The notes beneath the pieces are model-generated. The model was not told the DNA's origin. It made no database searches and saw nothing but the letters and a program-made list of their open reading frames with translations. A DNA stretch of 64,000 bases from Leucoraja ocellata (lineage: Eukaryota): positions 434,001 to 498,000 of the forward strand of contig JAWMAR010000113.1 in the NCBI GenBank assembly GCA_036785375.1, in the 5' to 3' direction. Below are positions 48,487 through 60,001 of the stretch, piece after piece. Positions within the stretch are counted from its first letter, which is position 1. Every line of letters starts with the position of its first letter. Position numbers and translations under genes: made by a program.

Positions 48487-49954
48487 ATTGGCAGTGGATG
48501 AATATGAAAGTGACTCCATGATGTTCATTTAAACTTGAGGACAGTGTTTGAAAATCGTGCATTTAATTTTACACTAAATTTGTTTTTCAGTCTACAGTTT
48601 TGACTGTTACTTTAGTTGTTTTCAATAAAATCAATGTAGAATTCAGAACACCTTTTAAAATTAATTCAGTACTAATCGCAACTAAGTTCATAAGTTGTAG
48701 GAGAAGAATAAGGCCATTTGGCCCATCAAGTCTATTCCGCCATTCAATCATGCCTGATCGTGTTTAAGAATCATGCCTGATCTATCTTTCCCTCGCAATC
48801 CCATTCTCCTGCCTGCACCCGTTAATCCCTGACTGCTGCCATTTTATTAAATTGCTCCCATCTATATTAGTTTTAAGATATTTAAATTTTGGAATATATG
48901 CAAGATCTGCGTACAAACACTAGCTAAGCTAAAGTGCTGTGAATAGCTCTGGTCACCACACAACAACGTAATAGTATTAGAGAGTGCAGAGGAGATTTAT
49001 AAGGATTTAGTCAGAGCTGGAGAAATATAGTTACGAAGAGGAGGAGGGGTGGTCTACACTAAACTGGGCTCATTTTCTTTTGAATAATGGACATAGAATA
49101 AAGATTTACCTTGAGATGTACAAAATTATGAGTGGGGACAGAATGGATAAGAAGGATCTATTTCCTTGGGGCAAATCTCTCTGGCATTGTGGATTTATGT
49201 TATAGAAGAATTAAAGAGTTTGAAGATATTTTTTGTTTCTCTTTAAGAATAGCTGATCTTATCCTCAATGTCTTTTTAACTTCCCTGGGATTAACAATTA
49301 CAATGCTGCTGTGACTAGTCATCTGCAGGTGCACTGAATGAATTTGTGCTCTTCCTAAACTCCGTAGTAACAATGATGAAAAGTCGTTGAATCTGAAGCG
49401 CTGTTTAGAGATACAACATGGAAACGGCTTCAGCCCACCAAGTCCGCACCAACTATCAAGTTCTAGTTCTATGTTATACCACTTTCACACCACTCCCTAC
49501 CTATTTGGGAAGAGAAGGCAGAACAAAGCCTATGTGATGGGTGGGTATAGGCGAGGGTTGATATGGCAGGTGGTTGGACAAAGAGCAGAGATGAAAAGAC
49601 AAAAGGTGGGAGATAAAGATAGAAGTATGAATAGTGAAGCCTGGGGAAGGAATATGTGGGGGGGGGGGGGGTGTTGGTGAGGGAATGTAAGGGGAGAAAT
49701 GGGTGCGAAACTAGGTTGGGCATAGAGAAGAGAAGGGTGAAATGGGGGAAGGGATTATTTGTCAGTTAAGTACATTATATTTAACGTTGTATTTTGCTTT
49801 GAGGTTGATTCTGAGAAAAGTGTCGCCCAATTATGGCAAATTTGACTGTTTTCCAAACAATTTACTCCTGCAAACAAAATGGAAAATTGTTTCCCAAACC
49901 TTGCACCGTCTGAGTTAATTAACTAATTTCGGCAAATGTCTATAATTCACTATA

Positions 49955-50190
49955 GCTTTACAGCACTAAAGTCCTGACTTCAATCCTGATTACGGGTGCT
50001 ATCTGTACGGAGTTTTATGTTCTCCCTGTGAGTTTTCTCCGGGTGCCCTGCTTTCCTCCCACACGCCAAGGGCGTACAGATTTGTAGGTTAATTGGCTTA
50101 TGTGAATTGTAAATTGTCCCTAATGTGTAGGATTGTGCAGACTCGGTGGGCCGAAGGACCTGTTTCCATGCTGTATCTCTAAAGTCTAAA
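49955..50190 (+). mobile_element. HE1/V-SINE-like remnant
   Basis: V-core and ctgtatctctaaa tail. Confidence 0.7.
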
Positions 50191-50679
50191 CTACTATTGA
50201 TTTGGTGGCTTATTGGACTGAAAATGGGCTGAAGAATTGCATGTCAATGTTTAATTTTAGAACTGTTGATATTATCAGCTAATGCTAATGTATTATCTCG
50301 CAGTGGGGTGTCAGAATGGTGTAGAGGTTAGTGTTAATCTGGTTAAAAACCTTGATTTGATCTTGGAGGCTCTCTATGTTTGTTCTACCTGTGCCGCATA
50401 GACTGCCTGGATTCTCTGGATTTCTCCTGTCATGCTGGTTGATGAGTTAATTGGCTCCTATAAATTGCCAACTTTGTAGCTGGGTAAAAGGGGCTTAGCC
50501 TTGGCCATATTGAGAGGGATTCTATTGCCAGGGTTCTGTCAGACATTTCTGTGGCCACAAGTAATGGTACGATGCCTTTAAACACAAAGAACTTCATATG
50601 CCGCATCATTGTTTAGACGCAAAGTGCTTGAGTAATTTGCCTGACCCGCTGAGTTACACCAGCACTTTATGTTCCTGGT

Positions 50680-51480
50680 ACGATGGCTGCCTGGTGCCAG
50701 TGTCAAGGATGTCTCCAAGTGGGCACAGGACATTCTAAGAGGGGGCGGGGTGCAGCTGAAGATCAAGGTTCATCTATGTATAAGTGACATGGGTTGGAGG
50801 GAGCTGAAGTCCTTCAAAACAAATTTAGGGAGTTAGGCAGTAGATTTTTTTTTTAAATAGGCCTTCCAGGATTGTAACCTTGTCCAATGAAAAATAGAAA
50901 GATAATGCAGTTCAGGAGCTGGTGCAAGAGGGAGGGCTTTGGATATATGGATCATTGTTCTTGTCCAGGGCAGATGGAACCTGTACAAAAGCGATGGGCT
51001 GTATCTGAACTCAGAGGAACCAATATCCTCGCAGGGATATTTGCTACTGCCACTTGGGAGGACATTTTGAGATCAAGAAGTTGGAGGTGTTTGGTCTGTT
51101 GAAGAGCATTCAGATGGGTAAATCCGCAAGGCCTGATGGGATCTATCTCAGGTTATGGGAAGAGGTACAAGAGGAGATTACTTGGGCCTTGACAAAGATC
51201 TTTGTATCCTCTTGGGTCACAGGCCATGGAGTACCAAATGTTGTTCCTTTGTTTAAGAAGGAAAATGGGCATAATCCATGAAATTATACGCTGGTGAACC
51301 TCACTTTAATGGTAGGGAAGCAGTTGTAGAGGACTCTTAGGGATAGGATATACTTGCATTTAGAAGTGAATGAGCCGATTAGGGACAGTCAAGCACTGCT
51401 TTGTCCAGGGCAACTCATCCCCTACAAACTTGATTGAGTTTTTTGAGAAGGCAACAAAGATGACAGTAGGTAAGTGGATT
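50680..51480 (+). mobile_element. Degraded CR1 ORF1 (esterase-like) and ORF2 pieces
   Basis: LPGASVKDV-like and RSWCKREGF remnants; KSARPDGIY...NVVPLFKK; TNLIEFFE. Confidence 0.65.
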
Positions 51481-53717
51481 TTCATTGGCAGGATATTTGT
51501 CCCTTAATGTAGGGTTGTGCGCTGAAGCTGAATCACTGTTATCCTCCTCAACATGTGAGTACATCTTTTCCTGCTGGTAGCATTGTGTAAATCGGTTCTA
51601 TGTGTAGAAATAATCTTGCACAACTAAATTGGATTGGGGGTGATTTATCTTTAAACTCCAGCTCTCGACAACAAGGTCTTTTCCCATTTGTTGTTGGAAC
51701 CCAATCCTAAGATTTGTTTTCAACTTACTCAAGTTCATAGAAAAACCATAATGACCTTAAATGCCAAGGTACATGGATATCTTCAGTAAACTTTTACTAT
51801 TGCCCTAATACGTTTTTAAATGTTACAATCCATTTCTAAAAAGTGATGTATTAGGGCAATAGTACAACCAGGCAGTATCTGTGGATTGAGAGTTGGAATT
51901 ATTGTTTTAATTGATGACCTTTCATCAGAACCATTTTGACTTGGAATATTAAACCTGTTTATTTCTCCTCGCGTGCTGCCTGACCTGCTAACTCATACTC
52001 CTTTTTCAGATTTCCAATGTCTGCTGTTTTTTTTGCTTTTCTAAGTACAGGTATACCATTTCAGCATGGCTAATTAATGCCATGGACTGTGGTGGTTAAA
52101 TTTGTATTGTTTTATGTTGAGATTTAAATACACTTATAAAGCAATTGATATTTGAGATGTTTTCTGGCAAGCAGGCCCATATTATTATTGATTGTCGCAG
52201 ACTGATAAAGACTAAAAATGATTACAGGCAGATTGTGTGATCAAATGCCCAAACAAGGAGGAGACATTCCAGGCATGGTAAAGGGAAACTATTCTTGTCT
52301 GATATATATTTGACTGTTATGTGGACAGAAACTACTCTGTTAATATACGATGACAGAAATGCCAGCATTTATTCTACTAAAAATAGCATGGTGTTTAAAG
52401 TATGTTTCATGTGAGTGGCACTCTGAAGTCATTGGTATTGTCAAAATGATGCTCCCTAAAAAACAAGGTTGTGCACTACCGATGGAGAGCTGTTGTAAGT
52501 ATAGTGGTGCCGTTGTTTGGGCAAATAACCATCTGCCCCTGCCAATACATAAAGATGGGGGGACTTTAAGAAGTCATAATGTGAACTACAGATCTTTGAA
52601 CAGAATAGTTCAAAAGTGTAGTTGTCAAGCATGTAACATTTTACAGAGCGGTCAAGGTAATAGTGCATTCCAGTGATATGGGTAATGATGAACCAAGTAT
52701 AATAGGAAGGCCATTTATAGAATCAAAGTGAGGAGGAAGTGTTTTGAAAAGTAAAAATTAAACGCTTTAAATCAGAGTTTAACAAGATAAGGAAATAAAA
52801 GGCACAAACAGATGAAAGGCTTTGATCCAACAGCCATTTCAGAGACTGAACACTTCAGTATTAGGAATGGACCCGAACCGAAATGTTCCCTCCACAAACG
52901 CTACCTGACCCGCTGAGTTCCTCCAACATTTTTTCTTTACTCAGCCATTCTAGAAATGTGGTTAAAAAGAGAAACTGCTGGAAATGTTCAGTGGATCCAG
53001 CAGCATCTGTGGAAACTAACTTACTGTACCAAACTACTGTCTTTTTAAAATTGCTGGGGTTTTTCTCACCAATATGTAATTACTGATTCTGTTCTATTCT
53101 GCTTTCTAGTTTTTTGCACATTCCGCAGGCATTGGCACTTTTCATTTCACTGCACATCTCGTATGCGTATGTGACAAATAAACTTGACTTGACTTGAAAC
53201 TTGAAAGGAAAACTGAAATAACATTTAGGTAAAAGCCCCTTTATCAGAACTTCACTGGCCCTGAAATTGAAGTATTATATCAAGGCAGTATTAATAAAAA
53301 AAATCTGGTATAATAATTTATTCTTTCTGATAAGACAGAAGGGGCAGAAACACTGTTGGGGGTTGTCACTCGGGCCAGACGTTTGGACAAATGGTGGTCA
53401 AGAAATTATGGGGGTTTGTAATGAAGTAAATGCAATAATTATGGGCGACCTTGATATCAAAAACAGTAGATATAGTGACATAAAGGAATGGATAAACTTG
53501 AAGCAATTAATATCCCAAAAGGAAGAATATGAAGCAAATGAATGAGAATCATCAGATCTGAACATCTATTTCAAATTCCAAAAGTTATGGCTCTGTGACA
53601 GTAGATACAATGGTTTTAATATTTTAAAATTCATTAGAATTTAACAACGCGATCTTGGTGGACTGGAACACAGTAAATATAATTGCCATCCATTAACCAG
53701 CACATCTTTGGGATCTT

Positions 53718-54010
53718 GGGTGGCACAGCAGTATAGTTGCTGCCTCACAGCACCAGAGACCCTGGCTTGACCCTGACCTCGGGTGCTGTCTGTGCAGTGT
53801 TTGCATGTTCTCCCAGTGACCGCGTAGGTTTTCCCCAGGTGCTCCGGTTTCCTCCCACATTCCAAAGATGTGCAGGTTTGTAGGTTAATTGTTCTCTGTA
53901 AATTGTCGCTGGTGTGTTTGAATAGAACTAGTGTACTAGTGTTGGTTGGTGTGGACTTGGTGGGCCGGAGGACCTATTTCTAAGCTCTATCTCTGAACTG
54001 AACCAAAGCA
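53718..54010 (+). mobile_element. HE1/V-SINE-like full copy
   Basis: GGCACAGCAGTATAGTTGCTGCCTCACAGC head, V-core, CR1-like tail. Confidence 0.8.
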
Positions 54011-54334
54011 AACTAAACCAAACCAGATCACCCTGGGGAAATTCTCAGACTTGCAGGGAGAATGTGCACACTCTACACAGGCAGCCCCAGCAATTAGGGT
54101 TGAACTTGGTCTCTGAACCAAAGAGACACCAGCATTCTGCTGTGTCACTGTGTTGCTCAGGCCTCATTTGAGGAGTGACATTCAAACTGCAGATTGCTTC
54201 CAAATCACTAATTAAGCTGCTTATGATTTCCTAATCAGAATTTATCAAGAGGCGGGTTCATGCCGACAGCAACAACAACTCTACTCTGGATATTATGGTT
54301 ATTTTGCATAGAGAGAGAGAGAGAGAGAGAAAGA

Positions 54335-54980
54335 TGCAGTGTGGAAACAGATCCCCTGGCCCACTGAATTCACACTCACCATCAAGTATGCATTGACACT
54401 AATCCTATATTAATCCCATTGTTTATGCTTCCCACATTGTCATTAACTCTCAAATTCTACCATTCACCTACATACAAGAGACATTTTACAGTGATCAGTT
54501 AATCTACCAATCTACACGTATTCAGGATGTGGGAGGAAGCCAAAGCACCCGGATAAACCCACAAGAAAGTGCTAATTCTACACAGATCGGGTTTGAACTC
54601 AGAAATCGGCCGATGTGAGGCAAAGGTCCTACTAGCTGCCCCATTGTGCTGTTTGTTTAGTTTATAGATACAACATGGAAACAGGCCCTTCGGCTCACTG
54701 ATTCCACACCAACCATCGATCACTCGTTCAAATTAGTTCTAAGTTATCCCGCTTTCTCATACACTCCCTATACACTAGGGTTAATTTACAGTGACCAATT
54801 ATTCTACAAACCTACATTGTTTGGATGTGTGAGGAATCCGGAGCACCCAGAGGAAACCCATATGGCTACAGGAAGACCATACAAACTTCATACACATAGC
54901 ACCCAAAGTTAGGATCGGACCTGGATTTCTGGCACTGTGAGGTAGCAGCTCTACTAGTTACGCCATTGTGCTGCCCTTTG
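54335..54980 (-). mobile_element. Two tandem HE1/V-SINE-like copies
   Basis: Same head, core and tail on the reverse strand. Confidence 0.75.
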
Positions 54981-55115
54981 GTGATGGACGTATACTTGAG
55001 CACTTTAAAAATATATATATATTTATTGAAATGCATAGAGATTACAATAGTATACATTTTCTACACATCTTGTACATTTACTATCTTTCTCCAACAAATC
55101 CTTGCCTTTTTTCAG

Positions 55116-55281
55116 GTTGCTAAATTTCTTCAGAAAGATGGAGAAACTGAGCTCCAAATGAGAATTGAAATTGGAAATATGAAGCAGGAGTTGGCAACAA
55201 TTAGCATGATGGATGAATTTGCTCGATACGCACGTCTGGAGCGCAAGATCAACAAAATGACTGATAAACTGAAAACTCATG
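55116..55281 (+). CDS. GET1: GET1 exon 2 (coiled coil that binds GET3/TRC40)
   Basis: tttttcag acceptor, 166 nt. Encodes MKQELATISMMDEFARYARLERKINKMTDKLKTH, the WRB signature. Confidence 0.97.
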
Positions 55282-56250
55282 GTATTTATTTTTTTTCAAA
55301 GTTTGCTGTGGACAATGGGGGGAAAAAGGTAGCACAGTTGCTTTTGAAATAGAAGGGCATCAAAAGATGTAGGTATTCTGATCAACTTGCCAGGAAACTG
55401 AAAGTCATCGTAGGCAAGGTTAATCCTTCTCTCCCAATGTCTACACCTTTGGGTCATCGAGGGGACATTGCTCTTCTTGGCTAGTAAGAGTGTCAGGGGT
55501 TATGGAGAGAAGGCTGGAGAATGGTAGTTGAGAGGGAAAGATAGATCAGCCATAATTGAATGGCGGAGTAGACTTGGTGAGCCAAATGGCCTAATTCTGC
55601 TCCTAGAACTTATGAACTCTTGCATAATGCTCTTGTGCCCATCCTTTTTTTCTACAAAGATGCAGCCTCACTGCTGAGTTACTCCAGCACTGTGTGTTCA
55701 TCAATAGAACGTTACCAACTCCCATGTCCCACCTCCAGTGCTAATTGGCCAAGGCTGATTGGGTCAATTCACATTTGTTGCACTTGTTGATTTGACCTAG
55801 GCTCAAATCTTCCCAATGCTGAGACTTCGTAATTAAGTAGTCGAGGTTTTAAATTTCACAATTAAATGAGTTAAGCAACTAATTGACAGAAAATATTGTT
55901 TAGTTGATTTTATAGTTATGGCAAATAATTTGCCAATGTAATAAGAATTTAACTAGATAATATGTGCTGGGTGGAATCTATTCTTTTTCATTATCTGGTG
56001 ATCGTTAAGTCGTAAAAACATTCAAGGATTCTGTGAATAACCACCATTACAAACTCTCAAGTAACTGCATTACTTTCAGTTAACATTTGTGTTACAAAAC
56101 TTTTAAGTCTCAAGTCACTGTAGAATTATCGTTCCCTCTTATTATTTGATTTTGAAAAATACAACTTCTGGACTGCACTGGAAATGTCAGCGTTGCAATA
56201 TCCTCTGATTGTCCTGTTAAACCATTGAGCAATGTATTTTCTTCTCACAG

Positions 56251-56318
56251 TAAAAACAAGAACAGCGCAGTTGGCCAAGATCAAGTGGGTGGTGAATATT
56301 GTTTTTTATATTGTTCAG
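56251..56318 (+). CDS. GET1: GET1 exon 3 (VKTRTAQLAKIKWVVNIVFYIVQ)
   Basis: ttctcacag acceptor, GTTAGT donor, 68 nt, phase compatible with exon 2. Confidence 0.96.
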
Positions 56319-56839
56319 GTTAGTACATTTTCTTAATTTTAAAGTTACAGCCTTTGTAAGTTGCTTACCTAAAGAATGAATTAGCCGTCGCATTCCTACT
56401 AATTGAATCGTATTCTGTGTCAATGTATAATTCAGTTATTTTAGCTAATTTAGTTATTCTAGCTGCAGCCCTAAGATTTTTGCCTCCACCACAGTGAGGT
56501 GCTTGGAGGACTCACTGTGGTGGTGTTAATTTGTGTTTATTGGTGTTTATTATTGTATGATTGTATGTATGACTGCAGGCACGAAATTTCGTTCAGACCG
56601 TAAGGTCTGAATGACAATAAAGGCATTCAATTCAATTCAATTCTATGTTTCTCAATCTCAGTTTCTTTTCAAAATGAGCCTTCTTAAATAAATTAGATGT
56701 TAGCCAAACATTTTAACTGCCTACACTTTCTTTAAATGGTCTCTATATGCAGCCTTGGCTAACAGTTCAGCAAAGTCCAGGATTTAGACTATTGCCTTGT
56801 GGAGGCAGTGCAAGACCATTGTACAAAGCATCAATATCT

Positions 56840-57160
56840 AAAGAATGAATTTGCCATAATATTCCTAGAAGAAGGTACAGGAGCCTGAAGACTGCAACAA
56901 CCAGGTTCAGGAATAGCTACTTCCCCACAGCCATCAGGCTATTAAACCTGGCTCGGACAAAACTTTGATTATTAGTAACCAATTATCTGTTATTTGCACT
57001 GTATCATTTTTTTATTCATGTGTGTATATATTTATATTATAGTACATGGACACATTGATCTGTTTTGTAGTAAATGCCTACTATGTTCTGTGCTGAAGCA
57101 AAGCAAGAATTTCATTGTCCTATCGGGGACACATGACAATAAACTCACTTGAACTTGAAT
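56840..57160 (+). mobile_element. Rex1-type LINE 3' tail
   Basis: RRYRSLKTATTRFRNSYFPTAIRLLN; gacaataaa and (CTTGAA) tail. Confidence 0.75.
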
Positions 57161-57784
57161 CTTACCTTCATATTTAGAGTCAATGTATATTTCACCTATT
57201 TTAGCTATGTTTCTCAAGCCCAATTTCTTTTCAAAACGAGCCTCCCTAAATAACTTGGTCATTAGCCTAAACTTAAACAACCTACACTTTCTTTAAATGG
57301 TCTCTATGTGCAGCCTTGGCTAACAGTTCTGCAAAGTCCAGGATTTAGACTGTTGCCTTGTTGAGGCAGTGCAATACCATTGTACAAAGCATCAATGCTG
57401 CTAGCAAAAAGTGGGAAGACATGCAACTAAGTTGGGACCATAGGAGAATATGCTAAATGATGTGCCCATATTGTTGCAAAGTATGAGCATTCAAGACACG
57501 AGTTAGGGAAAATCAGTGTTGTGTTTTGAGAGGATACCATGCACAGTTGGTCAGTGGGTAGAAAATCTTAGTTGAGAGCAGAAGCTGAAATGGCAATGAG
57601 TGGAAATTGGGATTGATAAATAAGAACATTACAACAGATGGAATGTGCACCAGTATAAAATAGGAACGTTCAAATTTCTAGTGGATCACACATCATGTCT
57701 TTCTTGAGCTTTTGATATTTTGAAAATCTTGTGCTCGGCTTTTGGATGTCGCAATTGTTTTGCAGTGTCACACAATTCGTGTCT

Positions 57785-58098
57785 TTAGACTTAATTTCAG
57801 AGATACAGCGCGGAAACAGGCCCTTCAGCCCACCGAGTCCGTGCCAACCAGCAATCATCCTGTACACTAGCACCATCATGCACACTGGGGGCAATGTACA
57901 ATTTTTAATGAAACCAAATAACCTACAAACCTGTACGTCTTTGGAATATGGGAGGAAACTGGACCACTGGAAGAAAACCCACGTGATTACAGGGAGGATG
58001 TACAAACTCCATACAGACGGCACCCGTAGTCAGGATTGAACCTGGATCTCTGGCATTGTAAGGCAGCAAAACCACTGCTACATTACTGTGCCGCCACC
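57785..58098 (-). mobile_element. HE1/V-SINE-like
   Basis: Same family head and core. Confidence 0.78.
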
Positions 58099-58399
58099 TC
58101 ATTCTAATGCTGAGAGTGGCGTACTGTCAATAGGGAGTAAATGAACATGGGTAAAGGTTTTTTTACTTCATCCTGGGAGTTGTGGATGAATTATCTCATC
58201 TCTGTTTCAAGGTTTGGCTCTGGGAGGAAATTAAACCAAGTGTAGCGGCAGATGTTCATATCTTTCGAGAAATTAACTCCCTAGCCGCCTTTTGGATGAG
58301 CATGGATAAGGGGAATATCTTCGATACGCATGCGAGCTGGCTCACAGAGACCTTCAGAGCTTCTTCACAGATATGGCTTCAAAAACACAGTCCTTTGAT

Positions 58400-59630
58400 G
58401 AATAAATGCTTTATTGTTGATAGAAAACAGTGAGATACATCCAAATTTCTTCCGACTCGCTACTATTATCTTCATCGAACTCCACCTTATTACTTTAAAC
58501 ATTAGAAAACTCCTCGTGCCTCCGAGTAACACTGGCATGATCTCCTTTATGGCTCGCCTGATCACCTTTATGGCTCACCTGATCGAAGATTTAATCTTCT
58601 CCCTACTCTAGCAATGTTACAAATTTTTGAGATTTTAAAAATCAAGTCTGTAATTTATCCCATCAGATAAAACATAAAAATAAGTTTAATTTGACACCTA
58701 ATTCACTTTCATATCTCAAGTATTTAAAAAGTTATGGCCATTTTCATACTCGGAAATTAGCATCTTGTTCCCTATTGATTTTCTATGGACATAACAAAAA
58801 AGCTATGATCGCGTGCTGTCAAAAGGCCATAACCTTCTTAAAAATTAAGAGAACTGAATGAAATTTTCAGTTATCGTAGATTGAACCATTCTGAAACAAA
58901 CATAAAATAATCTAACTTGGATGACCTGAAATTAAAGCATATAATTAGTTAGTTACCCAAGTGTAGCAAATTTCAAACTTCAATTACTAGATCTAAACAT
59001 CTATCCATTTCTTAATAAATGATTAACGTTTTTAAATAGCCCAAGTGTCCAAATAATATTCATAAATAATTCACAATAAAACATGATTTTAAAATCTCAT
59101 TTACATTAATTTATAGGCCAAATGGAAGGAATTTAGTGTTCAATTGTTGTAAATTAAAGTCCATTTTAAATCAGCTTTCCAGTGGGTACCTGTGGTTCAC
59201 ATTACAGTGGATTTGTCCCCTCAAATGCCCAGAAAAACACTGCGGGATATAAAGAGCCCAAAATGAGCTACTCGCTATAGAAAGCTTTATATACAGGGTT
59301 CTTAAGAAGCCCCTTTTAATGTAAAAATAAGGTACATACCTTTAATTGTTTGCTTTATAAAACCCTGGGGCTGCGAGAGTTCGCGGGTTTAGAGAGTGAT
59401 TTTTAAACTACTATAACTATTATACAAGGCCATAAAAACTAATAATACCTTTTGCGACAGGGTCTTTCAGCGATTTGTCGTTAATGATTTACTAGGCTGA
59501 ACATTTTCGATTGCAACAGCCTAGTGAAAATCGCGTTTTAAACCCGCCCCCTCAAAACAGCGCCAAAATCACACACACGGGCTGGGGCAGATTCTCAGCC
59601 ACGCTTCAGGTAGGCTTTGCAACATACCTA
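58400..59630. mobile_element. Unclassified AT-rich DNA-transposon-like element (left boundary uncertain)
   Basis: Right end homologous to positions 1-110; no ORF. Confidence 0.45.
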
Positions 59631-59886
59631 CCTACTCGTTCCAAACTACACGAAAAACTAAACTTCTTGCAAGCATCTTAGCTCCAAACACGCCCAAAAC
59701 CACTTCATAAATTCCACCCACTATATAACGGGCAGTCTAAAATTTAAAGGCATCATCAATGACATGCAAAACAGGCCAAATGGCCACTACACCAAGTGTC
59801 AAGAGGGAAGCAATCTATGGATGTTGATGTTATTATTCTGTATCAGATTTCCCATTGTGCAAATGATTGTACTCTTTATTTTTCAG

Positions 59887-60001
59887 GCCGCTTTAATGAT
59901 TTCCCTGATATGGAAATATTATTCTGAACCAGTTACTGTGCTCCCTCACAAATGGATTGCACCCTTGGAGCGGATGGTGGCTTTTCCAACTGGAGTGCCA
60001 G
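59887..60001 (+). CDS. GET1: GET1 exon 4 (AALMISLIWKYYSEPVTVLPHKWIAPLERMVAFPTGVP); exon 5 not in window
   Basis: tttttcag acceptor, G|GT donor, 115 nt, close match to the WRB AALMISLIWKYYS...VAFPT segment. Confidence 0.96.

Noticed and set aside
48052-48528. 158-aa ORF
   Set aside because: Lies in the GC-rich interior of a MITE; no recognisable homology.
53718-53790. tRNA-like sequence
   Set aside because: Head of a V-SINE, not a cloverleaf tRNA gene.
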